Origin: Promethearchaeota archaeon
GTDB taxonomy: Archaea > Asgardarchaeota > Lokiarchaeia > Sigyniarchaeales > SOKP01
DNA length: 32,000 bases
Assembly: GCA_030606485.1 (NCBI GenBank)
Contig: JAUWGH010000001.1
Location: 1-32,000, forward strand
Direction of reading: 5' to 3'
Shown here: piece after piece, positions 8,603 to 17,075 of the stretch
Position numbering within the stretch: position 1 is the first letter of the stretch
How the letters are laid out: the number at the start of each line of letters is the position of its first letter
Position numbers and translations under genes: made by a program
Notes under the pieces: model-generated
The model's database searches: none
What the model saw: only the letters and a program-made list of their open reading frames with translations
What the model was told of the DNA's origin: nothing

Positions 8603-10051
8603 ATGTCTTCTGAAAAATTGGTTAAAACAAAAATTGTAGCTACACTTGGTCCTGCTTCTAATAATATAGCCATAATTAAAAGATTAATCGATACTGGTGT
8701 TGATGTTTTTCGATTAAATTTTTCTCATGGAACGCATGAACAAAAAACTGAAACTTTTAAAATGATTCGAGAAGTAAATGAATATATTGGTATAATGTGC
8801 GATATACAAGGCCCTAAAATTAGGGTTGGAACAATAAAAGAACCATTTATTATGAATGTGAATCAAAAAATAAAGATTTATGAAGAAAACATTGAAGGAA
8901 ATGAGGAACAATTCAGCATCCCCTATGATGGTTTTCTTTCGGATATAAGCATCGGAGATTTAATATTTATTAATGATGGTATCATTCGAATTGAGATTAA
9001 AAGTAAAGAAAAGGATCATATAATAGGGCAAGTAATTTCGGGCGGGCCAATTTCCTCTAATAAAGGAGTTAATATCCCTTCTGGTGAACTTAAACAGAAA
9101 GTTCCAACTAAAAAAGATGTAGAAGATATGAAATTAATTGCAAAGCTTGATCCTGAATTTTTAGCTATTTCTTTTGTTGGAACTGCAGCCGATGTATTGA
9201 ACGTTAAAAAATTGATGCAAAATTTTGGTAATTCAGAAATCAAATTAATTTCTAAAATTGAAAGACCGATAGCTTTAAAAAATTTTCCGCAGATATTAGA
9301 AGTTTCTGATGGAATAATGGTTGCAAGAGGAGACTTGGGCGTTGAAATATCCCCAGACCTAGTTCCCGTCAAACAGAAGGAAATAATAAAGCAATGTAAT
9401 ATCTTAGGAAAATTTGTAATTACAGCTACGCAGATGCTGGAATCGATGACAATAAATCCAATCCCTACTAGAGCAGAAGCAAATGATGTATTCAATGCTG
9501 TATTCGATGGCACAGATGCTGTAATGCTTTCAGGCGAAACTGCTATGGGAAAATTTCCAATACAAAGTGTGAGTTATATGGACCGCATTGCTAATACTGC
9601 TTCTGAGATTATACCTCCACGAGATCCTGCTGATTTTGACTCTGAAAAACTACAACATACACAATTATTAGGTAGAGGTATTCTAGATCTTTCACATCAA
9701 TTAGTAAATTTGAACTATCAAGGTAAGATTTTAGTTATTACCAGAAAAGGATTTGGTTGCCGGATGATTTCTAAATATAGACCACCACTACCGATATATG
9801 CAATTACTCCGTTTAAAAGAACTGCAAGAGAATTGAATCTTTTATGGGGTGTAATGCCAATCCATATTACAGATGAAAATTTTTTTAATCAACCCGTAGA
9901 GGATATTATAAGTCAAGCAGTTCAATATGCTGTTGATCATAGGCATTTTGAGTTAAATAATCATGTAATTATATTATTAGCTTCAAGAAAATATCCAGAT
10001 TTTGGAAATCTAGTCGGATTTTATTATGTAAAAGAAATAATCGAAAAATAA
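8603..10051 (+). CDS. pyk: Pyruvate kinase, K+-independent type
   Basis: KTKIVATLGPAS, FRLNFSHG, KIERP, GIMVARGDLGVE, ATQMLESM, DGTDAVMLSGETA. DIQGPKIR has Lys at the position of the K+-binding Glu (GPEIR) of muscle PK. Confidence 0.97.
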   Translation: MSSEKLVKTKIVATLGPASNNIAIIKRLIDTGVDVFRLNFSHGTHEQKTETFKMIREVNEYIGIMCDIQGPKIRVGTIKEPFIMNVNQKIKIYEENIEGNEEQFSIPYDGFLSDISIGDLIFINDGIIRIEIKSKEKDHIIGQVISGGPISSNKGVNIPSGELKQKVPTKKDVEDMKLIAKLDPEFLAISFVGTAADVLNVKKLMQNFGNSEIKLISKIERPIALKNFPQILEVSDGIMVARGDLGVEISPDLVPVKQKEIIKQCNILGKFVITATQMLESMTINPIPTRAEANDVFNAVFDGTDAVMLSGETAMGKFPIQSVSYMDRIANTASEIIPPRDPADFDSEKLQHTQLLGRGILDLSHQLVNLNYQGKILVITRKGFGCRMISKYRPPLPIYAITPFKRTARELNLLWGVMPIHITDENFFNQPVEDIISQAVQYAVDHRHFELNNHVIILLASRKYPDFGNLVGFYYVKEIIEK

Positions 10052-10064
10052 TAAGAAATATCAG

Positions 10065-10082
10065 TTTTTGGGTTTTTTTTTT
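10065..10082 (+). terminator. Oligo-T tract after pyk, between convergent genes
   Basis: TTTTTGGG followed by T10, 14 nt downstream of the pyk stop. Confidence 0.5.
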
Positions 10083-10088
10083 AAAAAT

Positions 10089-10895
10089 TTATTTCTCTTT
10101 TCTTTTAATCTTCAGATCGTATGCAATATATAATATAATTCCGGCTAAAATAATTGCTAGTCCAACTATCCACATAAAATATTCAAATTCTGTTTGACTG
10201 GTCCAAGTCCAACCCCAAGCATGTGAAAAAAAGTCGAATGGAAGGAAAAATAACATTAAAAATATCATTGATATATCGATTATACTAGCAAAAATTAAGA
10301 TTTCAACCGTTCTAATTTGTTCTCGTTCTCCAATTAAAGTACTAATCAGGTTTGAAATTTGTTTATTTTTAAATATTATACCCATAAGAGCTGAAATTAC
10401 GATAATTTCTATCCATGCTTTTATTAAAATTTCAATAACTATAGCTTCTGGCATTCCTATAACGATATTTAAATCCCATATCGTGAAAATCATTTCTGGA
10501 ATATAACCTACAATTCCCGCAATTAGAATTCCAATTATTTTTTTATAATTGTTTTGTTTAAAGAATGTTATTTTTTCAGTTAGAATATAATAAATAAATC
10601 CGACAGAGAATCCAGTTAAAATTTTTCCTGGGATCAAAGCTGGATTTGCAAAACGAAAAGCAGGAATAAGCCCTACTATAGCTCCTGCTATTGAACCTAA
10701 TATAGGTCCACCACTTAAAGCTACAATATATGTACCTACATGTGACAAATCAATTGCGACACCGGGACCTATTGGTAACGTATATACTGATAAAAATGCT
10801 AAAACCACGCCCAATGCACTCATTACGCTTAGAAATGCGATAGACTTTGAGTTAAAATAGTTTTTAGGAAGAATTCTTTTCGATTCTGGCTCCAT
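10089..10895 (-). CDS. ECF transporter S component with C-terminal extension
   Basis: IAFLSVMSALGVVL, IDLSHVGTYIVALSGGPILGSIAGAIVG and KILTG match the S-component pattern; about two extra hydrophobic segments at the C-terminus. Confidence 0.75.
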   Translation of the reverse strand: MEPESKRILPKNYFNSKSIAFLSVMSALGVVLAFLSVYTLPIGPGVAIDLSHVGTYIVALSGGPILGSIAGAIVGLIPAFRFANPALIPGKILTGFSVGFIYYILTEKITFFKQNNYKKIIGILIAGIVGYIPEMIFTIWDLNIVIGMPEAIVIEILIKAWIEIIVISALMGIIFKNKQISNLISTLIGEREQIRTVEILIFASIIDISMIFLMLFFLPFDFFSHAWGWTWTSQTEFEYFMWIVGLAIILAGIILYIAYDLKIKRKEK

Positions 10896-11143
10896 ATTTA
10901 ATCCAATTTAAAGAAATGATTTTTATTAAATTATTAAATATAAAAATATTCCATTCTATAAAAAGGATTACTCAAATTTTCCCTAGTTTTTACTCATCTT
11001 TAGGTAGCCTAAATTATTTAATATTATGCTAAAATGAAGAATTTTTTTAGAATTCGCAATAAAAAAATTTTAATAGTATTCTAATGCGATGATTTTCAAC
11101 TAATTCCTTAAAAAATTTGAAATATTTATAAAATTGAATAATT

Positions 11144-11758
11144 ATGGAAAACGACATTAATCTTATTGATAAACTTCTTAAATTTGCACATGGGAGTGTT
11201 TATGGTATATCATCAGTTGTAATTGGACTTTTATTTAACATTATTGCATTAATCTTATTTCCAAACTATAATTTTCTTCTTAATATGATAAGCGAATTGG
11301 GTGTAGGCCCAGGTGGAATTTTTTTTAATTTAGGATTAATTTTAGCAGGGATATTAGCAATTCCATTTTTTATTTATTTTGGTCGAGTTCTTAGAAGTAA
11401 TAATACTAATACCAGTCTTGAAAAAAGTGCAGTGACTACTTCTATTATTTCTTGTTTTTCTTTTGCGCTTATTGGATGTTTTCCAGCAATACAGAATAAC
11501 AATATTGTTTTGTTTTTTCATGGCACTTTTACTTTAATAAATTGGATATGTGAGATTCTTTATTTAACTCTTTTTAGCATTTTAATTTTAAAAAGTTCTA
11601 AATTTTCAAAATTACAAGCTTTTCATGGTTTTATTGGTATTGGTGTAATCGGGTTTAACTTATTCACATGGTGGCCGATAACAGAATGGGCTGTTGCATT
11701 ATTCATTACATCTTGGATTCTTGTTAATGCAATATATATGCTTTATAAAAAAATATAA
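11144..11758 (+). CDS. DUF998-like membrane protein
   Basis: YNFLLNMISELG, FFNLGLILAG, LIGCFP, FFHG and TEW motifs across about six TM segments. Confidence 0.7.
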   Translation: MENDINLIDKLLKFAHGSVYGISSVVIGLLFNIIALILFPNYNFLLNMISELGVGPGGIFFNLGLILAGILAIPFFIYFGRVLRSNNTNTSLEKSAVTTSIISCFSFALIGCFPAIQNNNIVLFFHGTFTLINWICEILYLTLFSILILKSSKFSKLQAFHGFIGIGVIGFNLFTWWPITEWAVALFITSWILVNAIYMLYKKI

Positions 11759-11794
11759 ATATTATAAAAAACTGCTTTAAAGGCATATTAATCT

Positions 11795-13060
11795 CTATTT
11801 TTTCAAAATCTGCTTCTCTTTTGAATCGAGTTGCAACCAATCGCTTATTTCTTTTTTTATTTTTATTGATTTTGAGGATAATAATTTGAGGAATGGAATT
11901 ACAGTTCTTGTTGCTTCAATAGAGGATATTTCATATACATCCTCAATTTTTTTTGCTAAAGAAAGTTTATCTCTGCCAATTCTACTTGAAATAATTTCAG
12001 GAAAAGTAGTTTTTACGAATTTTGGTGTATAACTCCTCTTTTTTGCAAGAGAGACACCTCCACCAAATAAATCAAAAAAATAAGGCAGTAAAGCCCAATT
12101 TTGATATTTTCTTATTCGACCAAATATTTGGTCTGCAGTGGAAATATTTTCAAACGCATCGACCAGTTCAACATTTAAATTAATATATTTCGGCAAATTT
12201 TCATTAACCCATCTATATAATAAATCATAATTCACATCTGATTTATCAAGTAATCTTTTTGCATCGATTAATGTTTTTACTTCTGTAAATAGAGACCGTA
12301 TTAGAGAAAAAATAAGTTCAGAGGTATCTCTTTGAAGTTCATCTAAATTTTTAAGAGATTCAGCGCTTCTTCCACCTTGCATTAATCCTTGGAGATCATT
12401 TATGGAAGCACGTAGATCACCATTGTTTTTTTGAGCAATAGAAATTAAATCTTTAGGTTTAAAATCATTTATATTTTCTCTTTTAAGGATTTTTTCTAGT
12501 ATTTTAATAACAGCTTCCTCAGATAAGGGTTGAACTTCAAATTTTCTTACTTTTTTATATATTGGATTTAAACTTCTCTTATATTCATTGGCGATCATGA
12601 CAATTGGAAATTCACTATTAATCATAATTTCCAAAACAGTTGGAATCGCTCCTTTATCACTAACTCCATAAATTCCATCTATTTCATCGATAAGGATTAT
12701 TTTATTTTTTGATTTAAATATGAAATCCATCATATCTCTTGCTTTAGAAGCTTCATCTAATTTCTTTTTTAGTGATTTTTGCGTTCGAGTATCAGATGCA
12801 TTTGTTTCTATTACTTGCATGTTTAGATCATTGGCTATAGCATAGATAACAGAAGTTTTCCCGATGCCTGGTGGTCCTTCAAGTAATACTGCCTTTTCTT
12901 TACTCTCTTTTTTAAAATTTTTAATAAATTTAATTAGCTCATCAATTAAATCGACCTTTTGTCTATTAACTTTTGCAACTGGTTTTGCCATCTCCTTTAT
13001 AGATTTTGGGCGATACTTCTCAACCCAAGGTAATTCAGACTTTTTTTCTATCTCTTCCAA
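11795..13060 (-). CDS. rfcL: Replication factor C large subunit
   Basis: PWVEKYRP, Walker A GPPGIGKT, ETNASD, Walker B IDEIDG, GDLRASIND, WVNENLP, ADQIFGRI; TTG start. Confidence 0.92.
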   Translation of the reverse strand: MEEIEKKSELPWVEKYRPKSIKEMAKPVAKVNRQKVDLIDELIKFIKNFKKESKEKAVLLEGPPGIGKTSVIYAIANDLNMQVIETNASDTRTQKSLKKKLDEASKARDMMDFIFKSKNKIILIDEIDGIYGVSDKGAIPTVLEIMINSEFPIVMIANEYKRSLNPIYKKVRKFEVQPLSEEAVIKILEKILKRENINDFKPKDLISIAQKNNGDLRASINDLQGLMQGGRSAESLKNLDELQRDTSELIFSLIRSLFTEVKTLIDAKRLLDKSDVNYDLLYRWVNENLPKYINLNVELVDAFENISTADQIFGRIRKYQNWALLPYFFDLFGGGVSLAKKRSYTPKFVKTTFPEIISSRIGRDKLSLAKKIEDVYEISSIEATRTVIPFLKLLSSKSIKIKKEISDWLQLDSKEKQILKK

Positions 13061-13084
13061 AATATTGTTCCTTATTGATTTAAA

Positions 13085-14131
13085 TTAAAATTTTTCAGAT
13101 AACAGACACATTTTCGAAATTAAATTAGAAAGTTGAATATCATCATCTTGACCATCAATACTTCTAAAATCAGCGTCGGCAATATAATTAATATATTGAA
13201 TCTTAATAGATTTACTAAGAGGGAATTTAATTATTTCATCTAACAATTGTTTATATATTTCTTGCGCAGAATAATTAAATTCTCTTCGAATTTTTCTCAA
13301 TTGTGTTCTTACAGCAGAAAAATCGCCTTTTAAAATAGGTCTTAAAAGTTCTTTTATTTTTTTATCCCTATCCCTATTAATAACTTCGAAAAGCACTTCT
13401 GAATTGATGTTTGTTGATATCATTGCAGATAATTGCAAAATATCGATTGCTTTATTTAATTGACCCTCTGAATACTTATAAAGAAGTCTGAGTGCTGGTT
13501 CATTGATTTTAATTTTCTCCTTTTTTAAGACTATTTCAATAAAATCGCTAAAATTTTTATATTCAACAGGAGGGATAAATAAGATTTGGCAACGAGATAT
13601 AATAGGATCAATAATTGCTGAAATTTTAGACGTAATAAGAATTATTCTACAATTAGAACCATAAGTCTCCATAAGCCTTCTAAACCCTTGCTGAAATTGT
13701 CCTAGAGTTTCAAAATTTTTCACAATTAATATTTTAAATGGAATTTCTCCAATAGCTTTTATCTGAACGAATGGTTTTACTTTTATATCTAAGAATGGAT
13801 GGATATACCTTTTCTTCCCTGCTCGACTTCCAATCATCCCTGTAGAAAATGTAGATCTAATTCCAGCTTGCCTTCTTTCTTCTTTGGATATGGGAACGTC
13901 TGCAAAAAGAGTTTTCAAATTAGATTCATAAGATCCTCCTAAAAATTCTTTAGCAAAACATTTAGCAATAGTAGTTTTTCCAACTCCGTGATAGCCGGTT
14001 AAAAGTAAATGAGGAAAATTCTTTTTTGAAATATATTCTTTTAATTGAAATTTAATTTGTTCTCTACCACAAATTTCACTTAAAGTTTTTGGTATATATT
14101 TAACCGACCAAACGGGAGAATTAATAGTCAT
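13085..14131 (-). CDS. Divergent second replication factor C small subunit (degenerate Walker B)
   Basis: WSVKYIP, PHLLLTGYHGVGKTT, IIDPIISRC and the RFC C-terminal collar are retained; Walker B reads IVKNFET and sensor 2 reads GQLNKAID. Confidence 0.88.
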   Translation of the reverse strand: MTINSPVWSVKYIPKTLSEICGREQIKFQLKEYISKKNFPHLLLTGYHGVGKTTIAKCFAKEFLGGSYESNLKTLFADVPISKEERRQAGIRSTFSTGMIGSRAGKKRYIHPFLDIKVKPFVQIKAIGEIPFKILIVKNFETLGQFQQGFRRLMETYGSNCRIILITSKISAIIDPIISRCQILFIPPVEYKNFSDFIEIVLKKEKIKINEPALRLLYKYSEGQLNKAIDILQLSAMISTNINSEVLFEVINRDRDKKIKELLRPILKGDFSAVRTQLRKIRREFNYSAQEIYKQLLDEIIKFPLSKSIKIQYINYIADADFRSIDGQDDDIQLSNLISKMCLLSEKF

Positions 14132-14137
14132 TGTTAT

Positions 14138-15136
14138 TTATTTCAACTCCCTACTGATCATATTAAATAATGCATTTAATTGAATTTCTGAATTAGAACC
14201 TTGAGTTATTCTAAATTCGTATTCTCCAAGGTAACTATAAATTCTTGCTAAATTTATATTATTTAAACCCTTCTCTTGAGATATTTTTAATAACACTTGT
14301 CTCATTAAATTCCTACTTGAGTATCCACTAAGACTTTTAAGTATCTCTTTTAGATCATCAATTTTGCCTAGTTTTAAAGCATTAAATAATTTTTCTAGGA
14401 TTTCTGGTTTGAAATAGCCCGAGATTGAATAAATTTCATCAAGTTTTAGATCATCAATAATTTCTAAAGCAACAGTCATTTGTAATGCATTAATTGCTTT
14501 TCTAAGATCTCCCTCACTGATGAAAAATAATATATTTAACAATTTTTCTTGATTCTTTATAGTGATGTTTTCTTTCTTTATTATAAATTTTAAACGAGAA
14601 TTTATTTTCTCTTTATTTAATGGTGTAAATCTTAAAACTGCACATCTTGAAATAAGTGGATCTATAATTCGGTTTATATTATTACACAAGAATATAAAAA
14701 TTACATTTCCTGAAGATTTTTCTATGATTCTTCTTAATGCCTGCTGAACAGTTCCAGGTATATTATCTGCCTCATCAAGAATCACAATTTTACCATGATT
14801 CTCTTCCGAATCTAGTGAAATGATTGATTGATTAACAAATTTTTTTAAAATATTCCTAACATATTCCATCCTGACATTATCAGAGGCATTTAGTTCTAGA
14901 AGAAGCCCTTTCTTTTTACAATCATTACCTAATAATTTATGTGTTAAAATTAAAGCCGAACTTGTTTTACCTGTTCCGGCAGGACCAGTAAAAATAAGAT
15001 GAGGAACTGTTTTACTATTAATAAATCTTTTCAAATTATTAATTGCGAGATTCTGGCTAATAATATCCTCGAATTCCTGTGGTCTATATTTCTCAACCCA
15101 AGGAACATCTAATAAGGATTCATTATCCAATGCCAT
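14138..15136 (-). CDS. rfcS: Replication factor C small subunit
   Basis: PWVEKYRP, GPAGTGKT, LELNASD, ILDEAD, LISRC, GDLRKAINALQ. Confidence 0.95.
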   Translation of the reverse strand: MALDNESLLDVPWVEKYRPQEFEDIISQNLAINNLKRFINSKTVPHLIFTGPAGTGKTSSALILTHKLLGNDCKKKGLLLELNASDNVRMEYVRNILKKFVNQSIISLDSEENHGKIVILDEADNIPGTVQQALRRIIEKSSGNVIFIFLCNNINRIIDPLISRCAVLRFTPLNKEKINSRLKFIIKKENITIKNQEKLLNILFFISEGDLRKAINALQMTVALEIIDDLKLDEIYSISGYFKPEILEKLFNALKLGKIDDLKEILKSLSGYSSRNLMRQVLLKISQEKGLNNINLARIYSYLGEYEFRITQGSNSEIQLNALFNMISRELK

Positions 15137-15160
15137 TAAATTAAATTCTCCATCGACTTA

Positions 15161-15610
15161 TCAGAATTTTAACTCCAGTACTTCATATTTCTTTTTAAAT
15201 TTATATTTTTCATAAAGCTTAGCTGCTTTCAGCGCTTCTTCTTTAAGATTTATTTTAACTCTTTGAACTTTGATTTTCTTTAGATGATTTAGAGCCTCTT
15301 GTAGCAAATATTCTCCAACTCCTTTTCCTCTATACTCTGGACTTACAAAAACTAACTTTATATATCCTTCACTTAAGCCATAGGGATCAACCCTCAATTC
15401 AGCGACGATCATCCCTGCTGGTTCGCCAGTTTCTATATTTTCTGCTAAGAAAATACCATGCCTTTGCAATGGATCATATAATCTTCTTGATATACCCCAA
15501 TCAAACCTTCGTTCATCAAAATTTTCTCCTAAATCAGAAACAAGTTGACTAACAAACTGCTTTAACATCTCTCTATCATCAGGAGTTCCGACTCGAATAC
15601 GAACGTCCAT
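15161..15610 (-). CDS. GNAT-family N-acetyltransferase
   Basis: Acetyl-CoA motif A VFVSPEYRGKGVG and A.KLYEKYKF. Confidence 0.9.
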   Translation of the reverse strand: MDVRIRVGTPDDREMLKQFVSQLVSDLGENFDERRFDWGISRRLYDPLQRHGIFLAENIETGEPAGMIVAELRVDPYGLSEGYIKLVFVSPEYRGKGVGEYLLQEALNHLKKIKVQRVKINLKEEALKAAKLYEKYKFKKKYEVLELKF

Positions 15611-15731
15611 ATTATGATACCTTAAAAATATTTATAAAGATATATAAAAATTATCTCTTTAATCATTTATTAATTTTTAATTGATTGTTCTATTTTCAAA
15701 ATAATAAGAATAAAAAAGTGAAGAACTTTTT

Positions 15732-16004
15732 TCACCCGCCCCCCCTTTTAATCCATGCTGCAACTTCTGGATCATCATTACCACATGATCGGCATTTACT
15801 CCTAACACCGTATACATCTAATGAAAGATGTACTCGAGTTAATAGTGCACCACAATTTTTACATGTAATATATTTCGCACCGCAATCTTCACACATCTTC
15901 AAATTAGTATCGGTTACAAATGTGTATCTTCGTTTCAGGATACTATCGTTCACGATTCGAAAAATTGTGCCTCCACACTCATCACATACTTCTTTTTCAG
16001 ACAT
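15732..16004 (-). CDS. Small protein with four CxxC pairs (double zinc ribbon)
   Basis: CDEC, CEDC, CKNC and CRSC in 90 aa; ATG start. Confidence 0.85.
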   Translation of the reverse strand: MSEKEVCDECGGTIFRIVNDSILKRRYTFVTDTNLKMCEDCGAKYITCKNCGALLTRVHLSLDVYGVRSKCRSCGNDDPEVAAWIKRGGG

Positions 16005-16166
16005 TTAAATCATTTTTTCTTCTTTGTTCGAAATTATTATGAAAATGAATAAATGGTTCCTAAGATATTAATAAAAGATAAGATTTTTAATGATTTCCAA
16101 TTAATAACATTTCAATATATTTTTTTCTAAAAAAAATTAATGTAAAAAGAGTAAAAAAAATAAAAA

Positions 16167-16487
16167 TTAATCCATTTTTAATTTCTTCATTTGTGTTTGA
16201 GCTTTCGGGTTTATCTCTTCAAGAGTTCTTATAAGCTGAACAACTTTATCATCTGCAAGTGCTTCTGAGAAGAGCAGAAGGTTTTCAAAAGAACCAATAA
16301 AAAGACCCTTTCGCTTTATTGGCTTGCCATCTTGTTTTATTGGATTTATCTCTAAGAATAGAAGGGCTGGACGCGTTTTTGTAGCAGGCACTTTCACTAC
16401 ATAAACTCCTGGAATTGGAGTCTCCATTTTTCCCCAATCTTCTGCATCTTTTAAATGTTCTCTGAGTTGTAATTTAATATCTGCCAT
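16167..16487 (-). CDS. Conserved-looking hypothetical protein, possibly PC4-like fold
   Basis: Start moved to ATG 16487 (MADIK), preceded by SD-like AGTGAT; the segment DGKPIKRKGLFI resembles the PC4 signature. Confidence 0.75.
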   Translation of the reverse strand: MADIKLQLREHLKDAEDWGKMETPIPGVYVVKVPATKTRPALLFLEINPIKQDGKPIKRKGLFIGSFENLLLFSEALADDKVVQLIRTLEEINPKAQTQMKKLKMD

Positions 16488-16642
16488 ATTTATTATCACT
16501 TTTTTAATTTTGTACGTCTTATATATAACATGTAACATATAAATCTTTTGACAAATTTCAAAATTCCCATTTTTCTATAAGAACTAAAATTCTAAGAAAT
16601 GAACAATAAATAAAGAAATAAGAAAAATTTTAATTTTTATGG

Positions 16643-16822
16643 CTATTCGGGTTTTGGAGCTTGAGATTTTTTAAATATTTCTTCTAAAAATAATTCTTTT
16701 TTAATTAAATCTCGAACTGCCACACGAATAGCTTCTGATCTATTTGGAAATCGGCCTTCGGCTACAAAAGCTTCTAACATTTCTAAATATTTTTCAGGTA
16801 AGCAAACAGAAGAGAGTTGAAT
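16643..16822 (-). CDS. Ribbon-helix-helix (CopG/Arc/MetJ) regulator with ATT at the expected start
   Basis: (ATT)QLSSVCLPEKYLEMLEAFVAEGRFPNRSEAIRVAVRDLIKKELFLEEIFKKSQAPKPE*; the NRSEAIRVAVRDL signature is clear; an in-frame TGA lies three codons upstream of the ATT. Confidence 0.8.
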   Translation of the reverse strand: MQLSSVCLPEKYLEMLEAFVAEGRFPNRSEAIRVAVRDLIKKELFLEEIFKKSQAPKPE

Positions 16823-16828
16823 TATTTT

Positions 16829-16833
16829 TCACC
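16829..16833 (-). promoter_or_regulatory. Shine-Dalgarno GGTGA for the RHH gene
   Basis: Minus strand reads AAGGTGA-AAAATA-ATT, a 6-nt spacer. Confidence 0.6.
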
Positions 16834-17075
16834 TTTTTATTTTTTATTATATTTTTCTCTTATTTTAATTTTGCAGTAGAAATTGACCACTACCTAAAAA
16901 TATATCTAAAAATTAATGAGTATTTATTGCCGACAAAAATATATGGAAATTTGTCTCATTTTTACTTCATTTTATTGTAACTAATTATTAAAAAAAAATT
17001 AAAATCATTTTTTCTATATTTCACTCTTTTAATTTTTAATTAAAAAAATAAATTGATTAATTTAAAAACAAGAAG

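Noticed and set aside
9016-9513. 165-aa minus-strand ORF
   Set aside because: Antisense shadow of pyruvate kinase.
15685-16008. 107-aa plus-strand ORF
   Set aside because: Antisense to the zinc-ribbon gene; no motif.
16823-16845. Selenocysteine read-through of the TGA upstream of the ATT-start RHH gene
   Set aside because: A TAA lies three codons further upstream in the same frame, so read-through would not reach a start codon.
16744-16980. 78-aa plus-strand ORF
   Set aside because: Phe-rich translation of AT-rich intergenic DNA, overlapping the real RHH gene on the other strand.
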